From Candidatus Micrarchaeia archaeon (GTDB lineage: Archaea; Micrarchaeota; Micrarchaeia; CAILAH01), in contig JAVYLZ010000002.1 in the NCBI GenBank assembly GCA_038740245.1, forward strand, positions 1 through 39,388: a stretch of 39,388 nt of DNA, read 5' to 3'. A program made the position numbers and the translations under genes. Shown here piece after piece: positions 1 through 8,924 of this stretch. Every line of letters starts with the position of its first letter. Position 1 is the stretch's first letter. A model generated the notes under the pieces. The model saw only the letters and a program-made list of their open reading frames with translations, was not told where the DNA came from and did not search any database.

Positions 1-38
1 TTATGATTCTCGGGGTCGTGCTGATCGCCGCCTCGTAA
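1..38 (+). CDS. 3' end of a membrane protein (partial), possibly DMT/EamA-like
   Basis: Frame 3 reads MILGVVLIAAS* with TAA at 36-38; hydrophobic terminal helix; truncated by the window edge. Confidence 0.4.
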   Translation, partial: MILGVVLIAAS

Positions 39-88
39 TCTGCCTGAAATCATAAAGTTTATAGGGTGTTCGCCTTCAAAATAAGGCG

Positions 89-1093
89 ATGCAGCGGATT
101 GCCACATTCAATTCAGCGTGTGAAATGCCCGAAAACAGCTACGGCTTCAAAATGATGCTTGCCGACGGAGCCAGCCTGAAAATGGTGAGGCGTGCATCAT
201 TTTCAACGTGTGGGAAGCATCTTCCTCTCATCGTAATGCAAAGGGTTGGCAAGCTGTTCAAGTGCAGCAAGATGCTTGATGCTGCGATACTAAGCGAGCG
301 CTTGCCGGAGATTATGCCTCAGGAGCATGTGCCTAAGTCAGTGCCGGCTGCGGCTGTTGACAGTGCAGCCCGCAGGATTCTTAGGTCTGGATGTGCCTGG
401 TACATAAAGCCGGACAGGTATTTCTCGAGGGGTGAGATGGTAACGCGGGTTGAGCGCAATGGAGACAGTGTCCATATACAAACCTATACCGCCTCGCTTG
501 AACTCCCCTGCACGCGCTTGGCGCAATACCTGCTCCAGCTTTGCATTGACGTGCAGGAAAATGGCGGCTCTGAGCTCATAATGCAAAAGGAAGTGCCGCA
601 TACGCGCGAGATACGCGTTCTTGTGCAAAATGATGGCGGCATTCTCGTCCCGAAATTTATGTACGCAAAGCGCAGGCACCTGATAGGGTGCAACGTGGCG
701 CACGGTGCAAAAGTGGAGGAATATTATGACCCCGCACTCGGCAGGATTGCGCTTGGCACCCTGAATTTGCTTATCCAGGGGTATGCGCGCCTTGGCATTG
801 TCAGCAAGGCTGAGCTTGCCAAGCTTTTTTCAATTGTGGCTGTTGATTTTATGGTTTCAGGAAACAAGTATGTGTTTTGCGAGTATAATCTGGGGCCGGG
901 CATGGAAGGTGTGCGCCTGCTTGCGCCGGACGTTGCCCGCTCACTCATGAAGGGGTACCTGTCAAACATTGAGCGGTGCATGCGCGAAATCTCGGAATGC
1001 GGCGAAGAGCTGTTTTACGCGCGCACCTTGTCTGGGAAGCCGATGCCCATTGCAAGCGCGGACAGCGGCCCCAGCGCAATAAACAGCCAGTAG
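89..1093 (+). CDS. ATP-grasp fold protein (YheC/D- or RimK-like), substrate unknown
   Basis: Motifs YIKP..G, IMQKEV, EIRVLVQ, NVAHG and VDF...CEYNLGPG (E-x-N metal ligands) match ATP-grasp ligases; TTTATA at 58-63 upstream. Confidence 0.6.
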   Translation: MQRIATFNSACEMPENSYGFKMMLADGASLKMVRRASFSTCGKHLPLIVMQRVGKLFKCSKMLDAAILSERLPEIMPQEHVPKSVPAAAVDSAARRILRSGCAWYIKPDRYFSRGEMVTRVERNGDSVHIQTYTASLELPCTRLAQYLLQLCIDVQENGGSELIMQKEVPHTREIRVLVQNDGGILVPKFMYAKRRHLIGCNVAHGAKVEEYYDPALGRIALGTLNLLIQGYARLGIVSKAELAKLFSIVAVDFMVSGNKYVFCEYNLGPGMEGVRLLAPDVARSLMKGYLSNIERCMREISECGEELFYARTLSGKPMPIASADSGPSAINSQ

Positions 1094-1950
1094 GAGAATA
1101 AGCGCTCAAGCAGTATTGCTGCGAGTGCCGCCTCAATGCCGGCTCCCAGGTATGAAAGCACTGCAACGCCGCCGCCTTCAAACCCGAGGATGCCGCCAGG
1201 CAAAAATGAAACAAGGGATGAGAGGTATGCAAGCGAGCTTGCAGCCCCTGCATCAACAAGGCCAAGTGGCGAGCCAATCAGGCAAAGGATAAGCCATAGG
1301 CGGGCAAATGCGAGAAGCCATATGATTGCAGTGAGTGCTGCAATAGCAAAAACGCGTGCTGGCGTGCTGAATGCCTTTGAAAATGACTGGGAGTAAGATT
1401 TTGCAAATGCGCTCAGAGTGCGGATATTCAGGCGTGCTGCGGTGTCTGCAAGAATGCCTGAAAATACGAGGTAAACAAAAAGTGCGAGCATGCCGACCAT
1501 CCCGAATGCGAGAAGCGGGTGGAGAAGCGTGCCGACCGTAATTGCCGCAAACAGGGTGACGAATGCCATATCATGCATGCGCTCTGCTGAGATTGCGGAG
1601 AGTGAATCTGAATAGCGTATACCGGAATGCATCTTGAATACCACCGGCCTGACACCTTCCCCCAGCAGCCTGAATGGGACCAAAAACGAGAGGAATGACC
1701 CAAAAAAGTAAGGGAATGACAGCTTGGCAAGCGGGTGCCGTGCCGGCAGGCAGTACGAGAAACGCGCTACTTTTGCAAAAAACTCAAGTGCGGTAACCAG
1801 GAGCAGGAGTGCAAGGCCCCATAACGGCACTGAAAGGATTATTGCAATGGTTGGCTCAAGCAGGCCGAGTGATGAAATTATGAGCGCAAGCAGAATAAGG
1901 CATAGGATGCAAAGCGCAAAGTACAGTGCGTAGCGTGCCGGCACATTCAT
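1015..1950 (-). CDS. Flippase-like / lysylphosphatidylglycerol synthase TM (UPF0104/AglD2-type) membrane protein
   Basis: Multi-TM; motifs PFRLLGEGVRP, AERMHD, LPGGILGFEGG, ERLFSYW. Confidence 0.8.
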   Translation of the reverse strand: MNVPARYALYFALCILCLILLALIISSLGLLEPTIAIILSVPLWGLALLLLVTALEFFAKVARFSYCLPARHPLAKLSFPYFFGSFLSFLVPFRLLGEGVRPVVFKMHSGIRYSDSLSAISAERMHDMAFVTLFAAITVGTLLHPLLAFGMVGMLALFVYLVFSGILADTAARLNIRTLSAFAKSYSQSFSKAFSTPARVFAIAALTAIIWLLAFARLWLILCLIGSPLGLVDAGAASSLAYLSSLVSFLPGGILGFEGGGVAVLSYLGAGIEAALAAILLERLFSYWLFIALGPLSALAMGIGFPDKVRA

Positions 1951-1974
1951 AAGCTTGCCTCCCTAAATTAATGC

Positions 1975-2637
1975 ATGGGCAGTATTAAAAGCACTCAATT
2001 GGCTGGTGTTTACAATGCGGACGGGAAGCTTGCAACGCTCAGTATGAGCCCCGGCTTCAGGATACATGGGGAGATTATAACACGGGACGGGACAAGGGAA
2101 TACAGGATCTGGGACCCCAACAGGAGCAAGCTTGCGGCGGCCATAAAAAAAGGCCTTAAAAACTGGCCGTTTGCACCTGGCAAGAGCGTGCTTTACCTTG
2201 GTGCGGCATCGGGCGTTACAGTAAGCTTCATCTCTGATATTGTAGGGGAAAACGGCCGTGTCTATGCAGTTGAGTTCTCGCCCAACAGTATGCGCGATCT
2301 CCTGCTAAGGTGCGAGGGCCGCAAGAACGTGTGGCCCATACTTGCGGATGCGCGGCTCCCAGAGAATTACAGCTTTGTGGGGCAGGTTGATGTGCTGTTT
2401 GAGGATGTGGCGCAGCCAGACCAGGACAGGATACTCATTGAGAATGCGAGATACCTGAAAAAAGGCGGCATTGCAATGATTGCCGTAAAATCGCAGTCAA
2501 TTGACGTGCGGCTCAAGCCAAAGGACGTCTACAGGAGAGTGCTTGACAACCTCGGCAGGCATTTTGAGATACTTGAAAAATTTGAGCTTGACCCCTATGA
2601 AAAGCACCATATGTTCATAGTAGCCAGAAAAAAGTAG
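1975..2637 (+). CDS. flpA: Fibrillarin-like rRNA/tRNA 2'-O-methyltransferase
   Basis: YRIWDPNRSKLAAAI, VLYLGAASG, YAVEFS, DVAQPDQ, LDPYEKHH. Confidence 0.97.
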   Translation: MGSIKSTQLAGVYNADGKLATLSMSPGFRIHGEIITRDGTREYRIWDPNRSKLAAAIKKGLKNWPFAPGKSVLYLGAASGVTVSFISDIVGENGRVYAVEFSPNSMRDLLLRCEGRKNVWPILADARLPENYSFVGQVDVLFEDVAQPDQDRILIENARYLKKGGIAMIAVKSQSIDVRLKPKDVYRRVLDNLGRHFEILEKFELDPYEKHHMFIVARKK

Positions 2638-3813
2638 CTACACAAGTATGCCTGCGGCTGAAAGCGCAAAGTAAAGCAGTATGCATGCAAGCGGCACGGT
2701 GAAGTTGTCGTCAAATTTTGGGGGGAGCGATTCAACTGCCGCTGTAATTGCCGCAATCGTGATTGCAAGCCACGGCTCAAGGAACATCAGGGACAGGAGT
2801 GCGACCGAGGCAAAAAACGCAAGCGTGCCCTCAACGGTTTTTGAGCGGTTAAATGGGTTGATGTGCGTGCCGTACACGCCAGCCATTGTTGCAACGCCGT
2901 CGCCAACACCCAGTGCGATTATTGTTGCAGCAAGAAACGGCTTGCTTGAGAGGAACACAAATGCAAAAAGGATGCCCATCCCATACCAAAACGCGCCATA
3001 GCCCGGCCGTGAGCCGCGCCGCTCAAACAGCCCCAGCAGCACGCGGAGCACGCCGCGCCCGCCTGTTGTGTGCCAGTGGTTCATAAGCAGAAGTATTGCC
3101 TGAAGGCCTGCAAATATCACAAACTCAAGGTATATCCGGCCATTGTCGCCGTATTGAATTGAGAATGCCTGCAGCGCGGCCACAAGCACCAGGCCGACTG
3201 TTACGTGAAGAAGCTGCCTCCGGAATTCAAAAGCAGTATCAGTAGGCTCCGGCTTATGGATTGAGAGCGTGCCGCGCGAGCGCAGCCTGCTCACTATATC
3301 GTATGAGAAGAACCCTATCACGAAGCCGGCAAGCACATCATTAAGGAAATGCACGCCGAGGTTTATGCGCGAGAACCCTATCATCAGGTTAAGCACGAAA
3401 AAAAGTGGGAACGCCGGCGAGCCGAGCTGTGAGGCGAGCAGGGTGGCTGCGATTGTGCTGTGCCCGCTCGGAAATGATGTGTCAGGGGCATCGGGGCATG
3501 TGTATACCGTATAGGAAGGGTCAATTGCGCAGGGGCGCGGGATGCCTGCAAAGTACTTGATTGCGAAAGCGATGCCCAGCGAAAGCGCCATTGCCAGCAC
3601 GAGGTTGACCGCGGTGCTCTCGCGCGCGAGCACCTGCCGCATGCTAAGCCGGCGCTTGCCAAGCCGGCCGCGCACAACCGCAAACATGAGGTAAAGTATT
3701 GGGAGTATAAACAGGAGCTGGGCGTAATAGTCAAGGAAATATGAGAACACCGTTATAACCGGGCTGTCAATGCCTGCAATCGCACGTGTGATTGCGTCAA
3801 ATGCCGGCTGCAT
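2638..3813 (-). CDS. Fusion of PAP2 phosphatase and dolichol/phytol-kinase-like (SEC59/CTP_transf) domains
   Basis: PAP2 motifs K..AGIPRP, SFPSGHS, SRINLGVHFLNDV; kinase motifs RRQLLH, GVGDGVA, KTVEGT, ES...DDNFTVP. Confidence 0.85.
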   Translation of the reverse strand: MQPAFDAITRAIAGIDSPVITVFSYFLDYYAQLLFILPILYLMFAVVRGRLGKRRLSMRQVLARESTAVNLVLAMALSLGIAFAIKYFAGIPRPCAIDPSYTVYTCPDAPDTSFPSGHSTIAATLLASQLGSPAFPLFFVLNLMIGFSRINLGVHFLNDVLAGFVIGFFSYDIVSRLRSRGTLSIHKPEPTDTAFEFRRQLLHVTVGLVLVAALQAFSIQYGDNGRIYLEFVIFAGLQAILLLMNHWHTTGGRGVLRVLLGLFERRGSRPGYGAFWYGMGILFAFVFLSSKPFLAATIIALGVGDGVATMAGVYGTHINPFNRSKTVEGTLAFFASVALLSLMFLEPWLAITIAAITAAVESLPPKFDDNFTVPLACILLYFALSAAGILV

Positions 3814-3866
3814 ACGCGTATAAGGCTCAGATAAACGTTAAAAACATTAGCCGAAACAACATAGGC

Positions 3867-3873
3867 GAGGTGA
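3867..3873 (+). promoter_or_regulatory. Shine-Dalgarno site for the acidic mini-ORF
   Basis: GAGGTGA 4 nt before ATG 3878. Confidence 0.65.
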
Positions 3874-3877
3874 TGCC

Positions 3878-4027
3878 ATGGTATATGGTGATGATGATTA
3901 TGATGATGAGGAGATAGAGGAAGAGGAGGAAGAGGACGAGGAGGAGTGGGACGAGGAGGACGAGGACTGGAACGACGAGTCCGAAGAAGAGGAAGAGGCG
4001 GAAGAGGACGAGGAAGAAGAGGAATAG
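3878..4027 (+). CDS. 49-aa hyperacidic peptide (not in the ORF track)
   Basis: MVYGDDDYDDEEIEEEEEEDEEEWDEEDEDWNDESEEEEEAEEDEEEEE*; strong SD; varied third codon positions; its TAG abuts the stop of the convergent gene. Confidence 0.8.
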   Translation: MVYGDDDYDDEEIEEEEEEDEEEWDEEDEDWNDESEEEEEAEEDEEEEE

Positions 4028-7000
4028 TTAGCTGTATGCCCTTTTCAGGGATTTTTGTATACCGGAGCCGGCCTTGCCGCCCTCCCTCATTTTAATCACA
4101 ATAAACGAGAGTATAATCACTGCTATGCCCGCAAGCACAAGCGTGTAATCATTGCCCTGCTGGGGTGTGGTGCTGAGGGCATCAAGCATTCCCATCGCCG
4201 CATCGCGCGCGCTCGCATACCTGCCCTGCTCAAACAGGCGGTCAATGTCCCTGGCCTTTGCCTCAAGCTGGCTGCGCTGCCCGGCATCCTGCACCTTTGA
4301 GAGCGAACCGCGCAGCTCGGATATTGCGAATACCGCGCCTTCGCGCAGCGTGCCTATGTATGAGCTTACAGATGCGGTGAGCTTCTCAATCCCAGCCGTG
4401 AGCGGCAGGTAGTCGGAATCCTGCGCTGGTGACTGTGCAAGCATGCGGTCTATTTCCGTGAGCATCTCCTGCGGGCACGAGGTGCCACACGCCTTCACGA
4501 GCGCCTCGCGTGCGGACTTGAGCGCTGCCACCGCTGATTTGAACCGCTCCTTTGAGGAGGATGCGGCCGCCTTTGATGATGACTTGGCGGTGCCGAGTGA
4601 GAGCTCAAGAGACTCAATGCGCTTGCCTATGCTTTCAAGCGCTGAAAATGTTGATGAGGACGGGATGTCCGTGGATGCAACCGAGGAGAGTTCCGCCTCA
4701 ATTTGCGAAATCTCTGGTGGCAAGGAATCCGCATGCCCGAGAGATATGAGCTCAAGCCATCCCTTCTTTATGCTGTTGAGCTTCTGCGAAAGCTCGTACG
4801 CCCTGGAATAAACCTCGGAGCTGAGCGAGTATGCCTCATCACGCCCCTTCTCAAGCAGCCTTATGCGCTTCTCATCGTCGTTCTCGTTAAGCGAGGATTC
4901 GTAATAGGACTGGATTTTTGAAAGCGATGCTGAAACATCAGGGTCGCTTACGTTGCGGAGATCGTTGAGTGTTGAATTGATGGTGCTTTTGAGCCGCTCC
5001 TCGTAATCCCTGCGCTGGCCTTTCTGCCGCTGTGCCGCCTCGCAGTCCGCAAGCGCCTTCTCGGCAAGTGTTACCTCTCTGTATGCAGTCGCCAGGTTGC
5101 CTGACTTGAGCTGTATCTCTGCAAGCTCGGCGTGCGTGCGCGCTTCCGTGCACGTGCCGAACAGCTGCGATGCCCTGGCCTTTGCTATGCGGTCGCTTAT
5201 TTTTGAGGATTCAAGGTCCGACTTTGCAATCACCCTGAATTTGCACTGCGAGCCGGCCAATATGCGGCCCACCGTGAATGAAAGCGTTGTGCCGTTTGAT
5301 GCTGACAGCAGCGAAATTGATGACGCGGTGCAGTCCGAAGATGTGGCCTTCGCTGATGTGGCGCGCCCAGGCAGGTCCACCTTGGCCACATAGCCGTCAA
5401 TTGCAAGCGGTGCTGTATTCTCAACCGTTACGTCCAGCGCCACCTCATCTCCGGATGCCTGCGCGCCTGAAGCGTACACCCTTACTGGGTTCTGCATCTC
5501 ATAAACTTCCGTTATTGTGTGCTTGCCGGGCATTATCTCCCTGGATATGCGTGCGTTACCGTAGAACTCGCCAAGCGGCTCGCCATCGTAAAGCAGTGTG
5601 TAGGTGTGGTTGAAGCGCGGCTGCACCCACAGGTGCGGTAGGGTCCCGTAGGCCGCCGCCTGGCGCTCAACGCGCACGCTCAGTGTATTGGGGGATGTGA
5701 GGGATGATACGGTTTTTGACGATTCAACAACTGCAAGCGTGCGGTTGTCCGTAAATGTTATCTCATAAAGCTTGTTTGGCGTGTATGTTGGAATCAGCAC
5801 GGAAAGCTTGCCGTTTGAATAGCTGTACTCAACGCCATCCTTTGCAGATGCCTTTGAAAGCGAGAGGTCATAGGGGGCCTGGACCTCGTAAGTTATGCCC
5901 CGCAGCGCAATTCCAAGGTTGAGCGTGCTGAACGTTGAATGGGACACCTGCCTCTGCACACTTTGGCCAAGGTATATCTCGCCTGAATATGACACAACGG
6001 TGCGCGCGTTTCTTGCAAGCGATGCGGACACTATTGACTTGGCGCGCGCGCGAACTTCGCTTTCAAGCTGGGAAAGGTCTGAGGAAATTTCCCTGTAATG
6101 GCCAAGTGAGCGGTAAGGGTCAAACCCTCCTGAGCTGGAAACATACTGCTGGATGCGCGGGCCCGCCACTGGTGGTGTGCCGCCCATTTCCTCTATTGCC
6201 TGAAGCGCCGGCTGCAGCTGCAGGTATCTCTGCCACAAGTATGAATATTGTGCTGCCGCGCGGGCAACTATGAGCTCCGACAATTCAAGGGCTTTGGATG
6301 AGATTTCGGCTGCCTGCGCCGCATCAACGTTCTGCGAGCTTAGCGCGGCCATGCTCCTCTTGTAATATGATTCGGCATCTGAAACGTCAACGCCGTCCGC
6401 CTTTGCAAGGGCGGTTATATTCTTCAGGTAATCGAGAGACTGGCGGGCAAGAGCAATTGCATTATCCTTCTGCGAGTATTCCTTTGAGAGAAGCGTGCGT
6501 GCGGCTGTGAGCATTGTATGCGCTTTGCGCATGTTTGCTATGCGTTCGCTTGCAGTGCCGCCGCTGCCTATCAGCTTTTCCGCTGATTCAATAAGGGAGC
6601 GCGCCTGTGCCAGCCGTGCCGCATCCTGCTCCGTCACCGGGATGAATGCCGATGCATCCGCCTTTGCCTGCGCGAGCAGTGCAAGCGTGGCGCGTGATGC
6701 CGCCTCCTCTATCTGCCTTCCGGATTTGTTCGCCTGCTCAAGTTCAAAAGAGGCGGCGGTGAGGTGCTCAAGCGCCATATAATGCATGCTTATTGCGTTG
6801 CACGCATACCCGCGGGCCTTTGACGCATATACTGCATCTGCCTGTGTGAGCAGTGCCTGTGCGCGCGAGGTTTTAAGGCCTGCACTGTCAATGTGCAACG
6901 CAGGGGAATCCGCAGTGAACAACTGGGCGCCAAAATAGGCGGCGTCGGAGCCGGATATGCCGCTATATTCTTGCGAAAGGCGTGATGTGAGCTCCTGCAC

Positions 7001-7879
7001 CGATGAGAGCATTGCGCGGGACTGTGCGCGCGATGCCGAATACTCGCTCTCAATCGAGGCCATTGCCTCGCCCTGCAATGTGTAAACTGAGAATAACTGG
7101 GCAACCGTTGAGTCCTGCCCGTCCACAGTGCCGAATGCATATGATTTAAACGAGGAAATAAGGCCGGAATATGCGCCTTCCGAGGACATTGGTTCAAGCT
7201 GCGAGCATGTTTTCTCTATCCTTTGCGCCGTTTTTGAGAGAGCGGCAGATTTTTGGGAAAGCGCATCAAGGCGGCTGCTGATGTCCGCAATCCTGTTCGC
7301 CTGTACGCCCGTGTATTTTGAACCGCCGCACATGTTATCAAGGGTGCGCTGGCGCTCTGCAACCTTTGCAAGCATTGCGTTGTGCGCTTCGGCGCCGTTC
7401 TCGGCCGCCTCTGCCATATGCGTGTAATAATCAGAGGCCTTATCCATCACCCTGCGGCCTCCGGAAGTCACATCAACAAATTCCTCATATGTTATGAGCA
7501 GCATGCCTGCCGCAGGGCTTAGGAATGATGCCGCAATTTCAAATGGGCCTACATCATCAGAAAGGCTCAAAATTTCCCTTAGGGTTCCGGTCATTTCAAG
7601 GCGCGATTCCTCTGCTTCAATGATATGCTCCTGTGACTCTTTTACACGTGAAACCGCTGTTGAAAACTCCGGAACCTGAGAAAACTCCGCAGCATAGGAA
7701 ATTGATGGGGGGACCGTCGACTCTGTCGATGACAGGACTGCACTTATTGCATCAATGCCAAGATAATCAAAGCTATTCCAAGGGTGTGCAAACCTTTGCT
7801 CAAGGTACGTTGCATTGAACGCAAACAATGGCTGCAGTAAGAGCAGCACCGCGACCACTAAAATAAGGTGTAGGCGCAT
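4028..7879 (-). CDS. Large (1283 aa) secreted, C-terminally membrane-anchored protein with helical/coiled-coil and beta-rich segments
   Basis: Signal peptide MRLHLILVVAVLLLLQPLFA; Ala/Ser/Glu-rich helices; beta-rich middle; TM LVLAGIAVIILSFIVI followed by a basic tail. Confidence 0.85.
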   Translation of the reverse strand: MRLHLILVVAVLLLLQPLFAFNATYLEQRFAHPWNSFDYLGIDAISAVLSSTESTVPPSISYAAEFSQVPEFSTAVSRVKESQEHIIEAEESRLEMTGTLREILSLSDDVGPFEIAASFLSPAAGMLLITYEEFVDVTSGGRRVMDKASDYYTHMAEAAENGAEAHNAMLAKVAERQRTLDNMCGGSKYTGVQANRIADISSRLDALSQKSAALSKTAQRIEKTCSQLEPMSSEGAYSGLISSFKSYAFGTVDGQDSTVAQLFSVYTLQGEAMASIESEYSASRAQSRAMLSSVQELTSRLSQEYSGISGSDAAYFGAQLFTADSPALHIDSAGLKTSRAQALLTQADAVYASKARGYACNAISMHYMALEHLTAASFELEQANKSGRQIEEAASRATLALLAQAKADASAFIPVTEQDAARLAQARSLIESAEKLIGSGGTASERIANMRKAHTMLTAARTLLSKEYSQKDNAIALARQSLDYLKNITALAKADGVDVSDAESYYKRSMAALSSQNVDAAQAAEISSKALELSELIVARAAAQYSYLWQRYLQLQPALQAIEEMGGTPPVAGPRIQQYVSSSGGFDPYRSLGHYREISSDLSQLESEVRARAKSIVSASLARNARTVVSYSGEIYLGQSVQRQVSHSTFSTLNLGIALRGITYEVQAPYDLSLSKASAKDGVEYSYSNGKLSVLIPTYTPNKLYEITFTDNRTLAVVESSKTVSSLTSPNTLSVRVERQAAAYGTLPHLWVQPRFNHTYTLLYDGEPLGEFYGNARISREIMPGKHTITEVYEMQNPVRVYASGAQASGDEVALDVTVENTAPLAIDGYVAKVDLPGRATSAKATSSDCTASSISLLSASNGTTLSFTVGRILAGSQCKFRVIAKSDLESSKISDRIAKARASQLFGTCTEARTHAELAEIQLKSGNLATAYREVTLAEKALADCEAAQRQKGQRRDYEERLKSTINSTLNDLRNVSDPDVSASLSKIQSYYESSLNENDDEKRIRLLEKGRDEAYSLSSEVYSRAYELSQKLNSIKKGWLELISLGHADSLPPEISQIEAELSSVASTDIPSSSTFSALESIGKRIESLELSLGTAKSSSKAAASSSKERFKSAVAALKSAREALVKACGTSCPQEMLTEIDRMLAQSPAQDSDYLPLTAGIEKLTASVSSYIGTLREGAVFAISELRGSLSKVQDAGQRSQLEAKARDIDRLFEQGRYASARDAAMGMLDALSTTPQQGNDYTLVLAGIAVIILSFIVIKMREGGKAGSGIQKSLKRAYS

Positions 7880-7941
7880 AAAGGTTTCAGGAAGGCAACA
7901 ATAAAAATTTTTTCAAAAATTCAAAACGAAAAGTATAAGTG

Positions 7942-8298
7942 CTACTTGCTCTGGAAGAAGTAGGCGATTATCGTAAGGAATATCCATATGACTATGGATA
8001 TCAACGTGAGCTGAGCAAGCTGCATTGGGTTGAACCACCATATTGCCGCGGCAATAAGCGCAGTCATTATTGTGCTGAGTATTATGCTGAGTGCAATCCT
8101 GAGCATATTGTCCTCTTCCTCAGCCTGCACAACCTCCTTGACCTCATCTTTTATTTCTGGCTTGAGGTCCTTCTCAATTATGGGCTCAATATGCTCAACT
8201 ATCTTCTTCTCCTTAGGTGAAAGGCCGGCTGCCTTTTTCTGGGCGGCTTTTTTCCTTGCAACCTTTACCTTCTTCAACTTCGGCTTTCTTGCTGCCAT
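7942..8298 (-). CDS. Small membrane protein with Lys-rich N-terminus and two C-terminal TM helices
   Basis: MAARKPKLKKVKVARKKAAQKKAA, an acidic linker, then two hydrophobic helices. Confidence 0.75.
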   Translation of the reverse strand: MAARKPKLKKVKVARKKAAQKKAAGLSPKEKKIVEHIEPIIEKDLKPEIKDEVKEVVQAEEEDNMLRIALSIILSTIMTALIAAAIWWFNPMQLAQLTLISIVIWIFLTIIAYFFQSK

Positions 8299-8325
8299 AT
8301 AAACGCACCAATTTTACTTTACAGT

Positions 8326-8339
8326 GTTTATTTATAAAT
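8326..8339. promoter_or_regulatory. Bidirectional TATA region between divergent genes
   Basis: TTTATTTATAAAT roughly 25-30 nt from both the 8298(-) and 8362(+) starts. Confidence 0.55.
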
Positions 8340-8361
8340 CTTTGAAGTAGATTAGGTATGT

Positions 8362-8730
8362 ATGGAAAAAAGGCAGGAGCTTGAGGCTGTACTGGCGGAC
8401 TTGCGCAAGGTGGGGGATGTTGATGCAACCGCCATCGTGCGCAGGGACGGCCTAATGGTTGCAAGTGACATGCCGAATTATGTTGATGCAAGGACTATTG
8501 CGGCGATGACTGCTGCCCTGGTGGGCACTGCGGAAACATCGTCGGGCGAGCTTAAGCTGGGGACTTTTGGGCAGGTGATTGTTGAAAGCGGGGAAGGGAA
8601 GCTTGTAGCGACCGGTGCAGGAGACCTTGCAATAATTGCATGCCTAGTAAGCAAGAATGCAAACCTTGGCCTTGTGCTGCTTAGCATGGACAAGGCGAGC
8701 AAGAAAGTTGCGCAAATCATAAAGGAGTAG
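8362..8730 (+). CDS. Roadblock/LC7 (MglB-like) domain protein
   Basis: AIVRRDGLMVAS, IAAMTAALVGTAE, QVIVESGEG, ANLGLV. Confidence 0.92.
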   Translation: MEKRQELEAVLADLRKVGDVDATAIVRRDGLMVASDMPNYVDARTIAAMTAALVGTAETSSGELKLGTFGQVIVESGEGKLVATGAGDLAIIACLVSKNANLGLVLLSMDKASKKVAQIIKE

Positions 8731-8737
8731 TGTTTGT

Positions 8738-8920
8738 ATGGCAACCCCTAAGGAGCTTATGGACCGGGCAAAAAAAGTGCTCGGTCCGGTTGCTGAAACA
8801 ATAGGGACGGAGCTTACAATCCTTGGGCTGGATGATGAGGAGTTTGAAAAGGAATATACTGATAGGCTTGCAAAAATAACCGGAAACAGAAAGCTTGTTG
8901 AGAATATACTTAAGGGCTGA
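8738..8920 (+). CDS. 60-aa helical hypothetical protein (LGPVA motif)
   Basis: Fills the gap between roadblock and cdc6 with 7- and 4-nt spacers; GGAG upstream; protein-like composition. Confidence 0.7.
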   Translation: MATPKELMDRAKKVLGPVAETIGTELTILGLDDEEFEKEYTDRLAKITGNRKLVENILKG

Positions 8921-8924
8921 TGTG

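Noticed and set aside
3890-4024. GAR/GAY microsatellite
   Set aside because: Better explained as coding: SD, ATG, an open frame and synonymous variation
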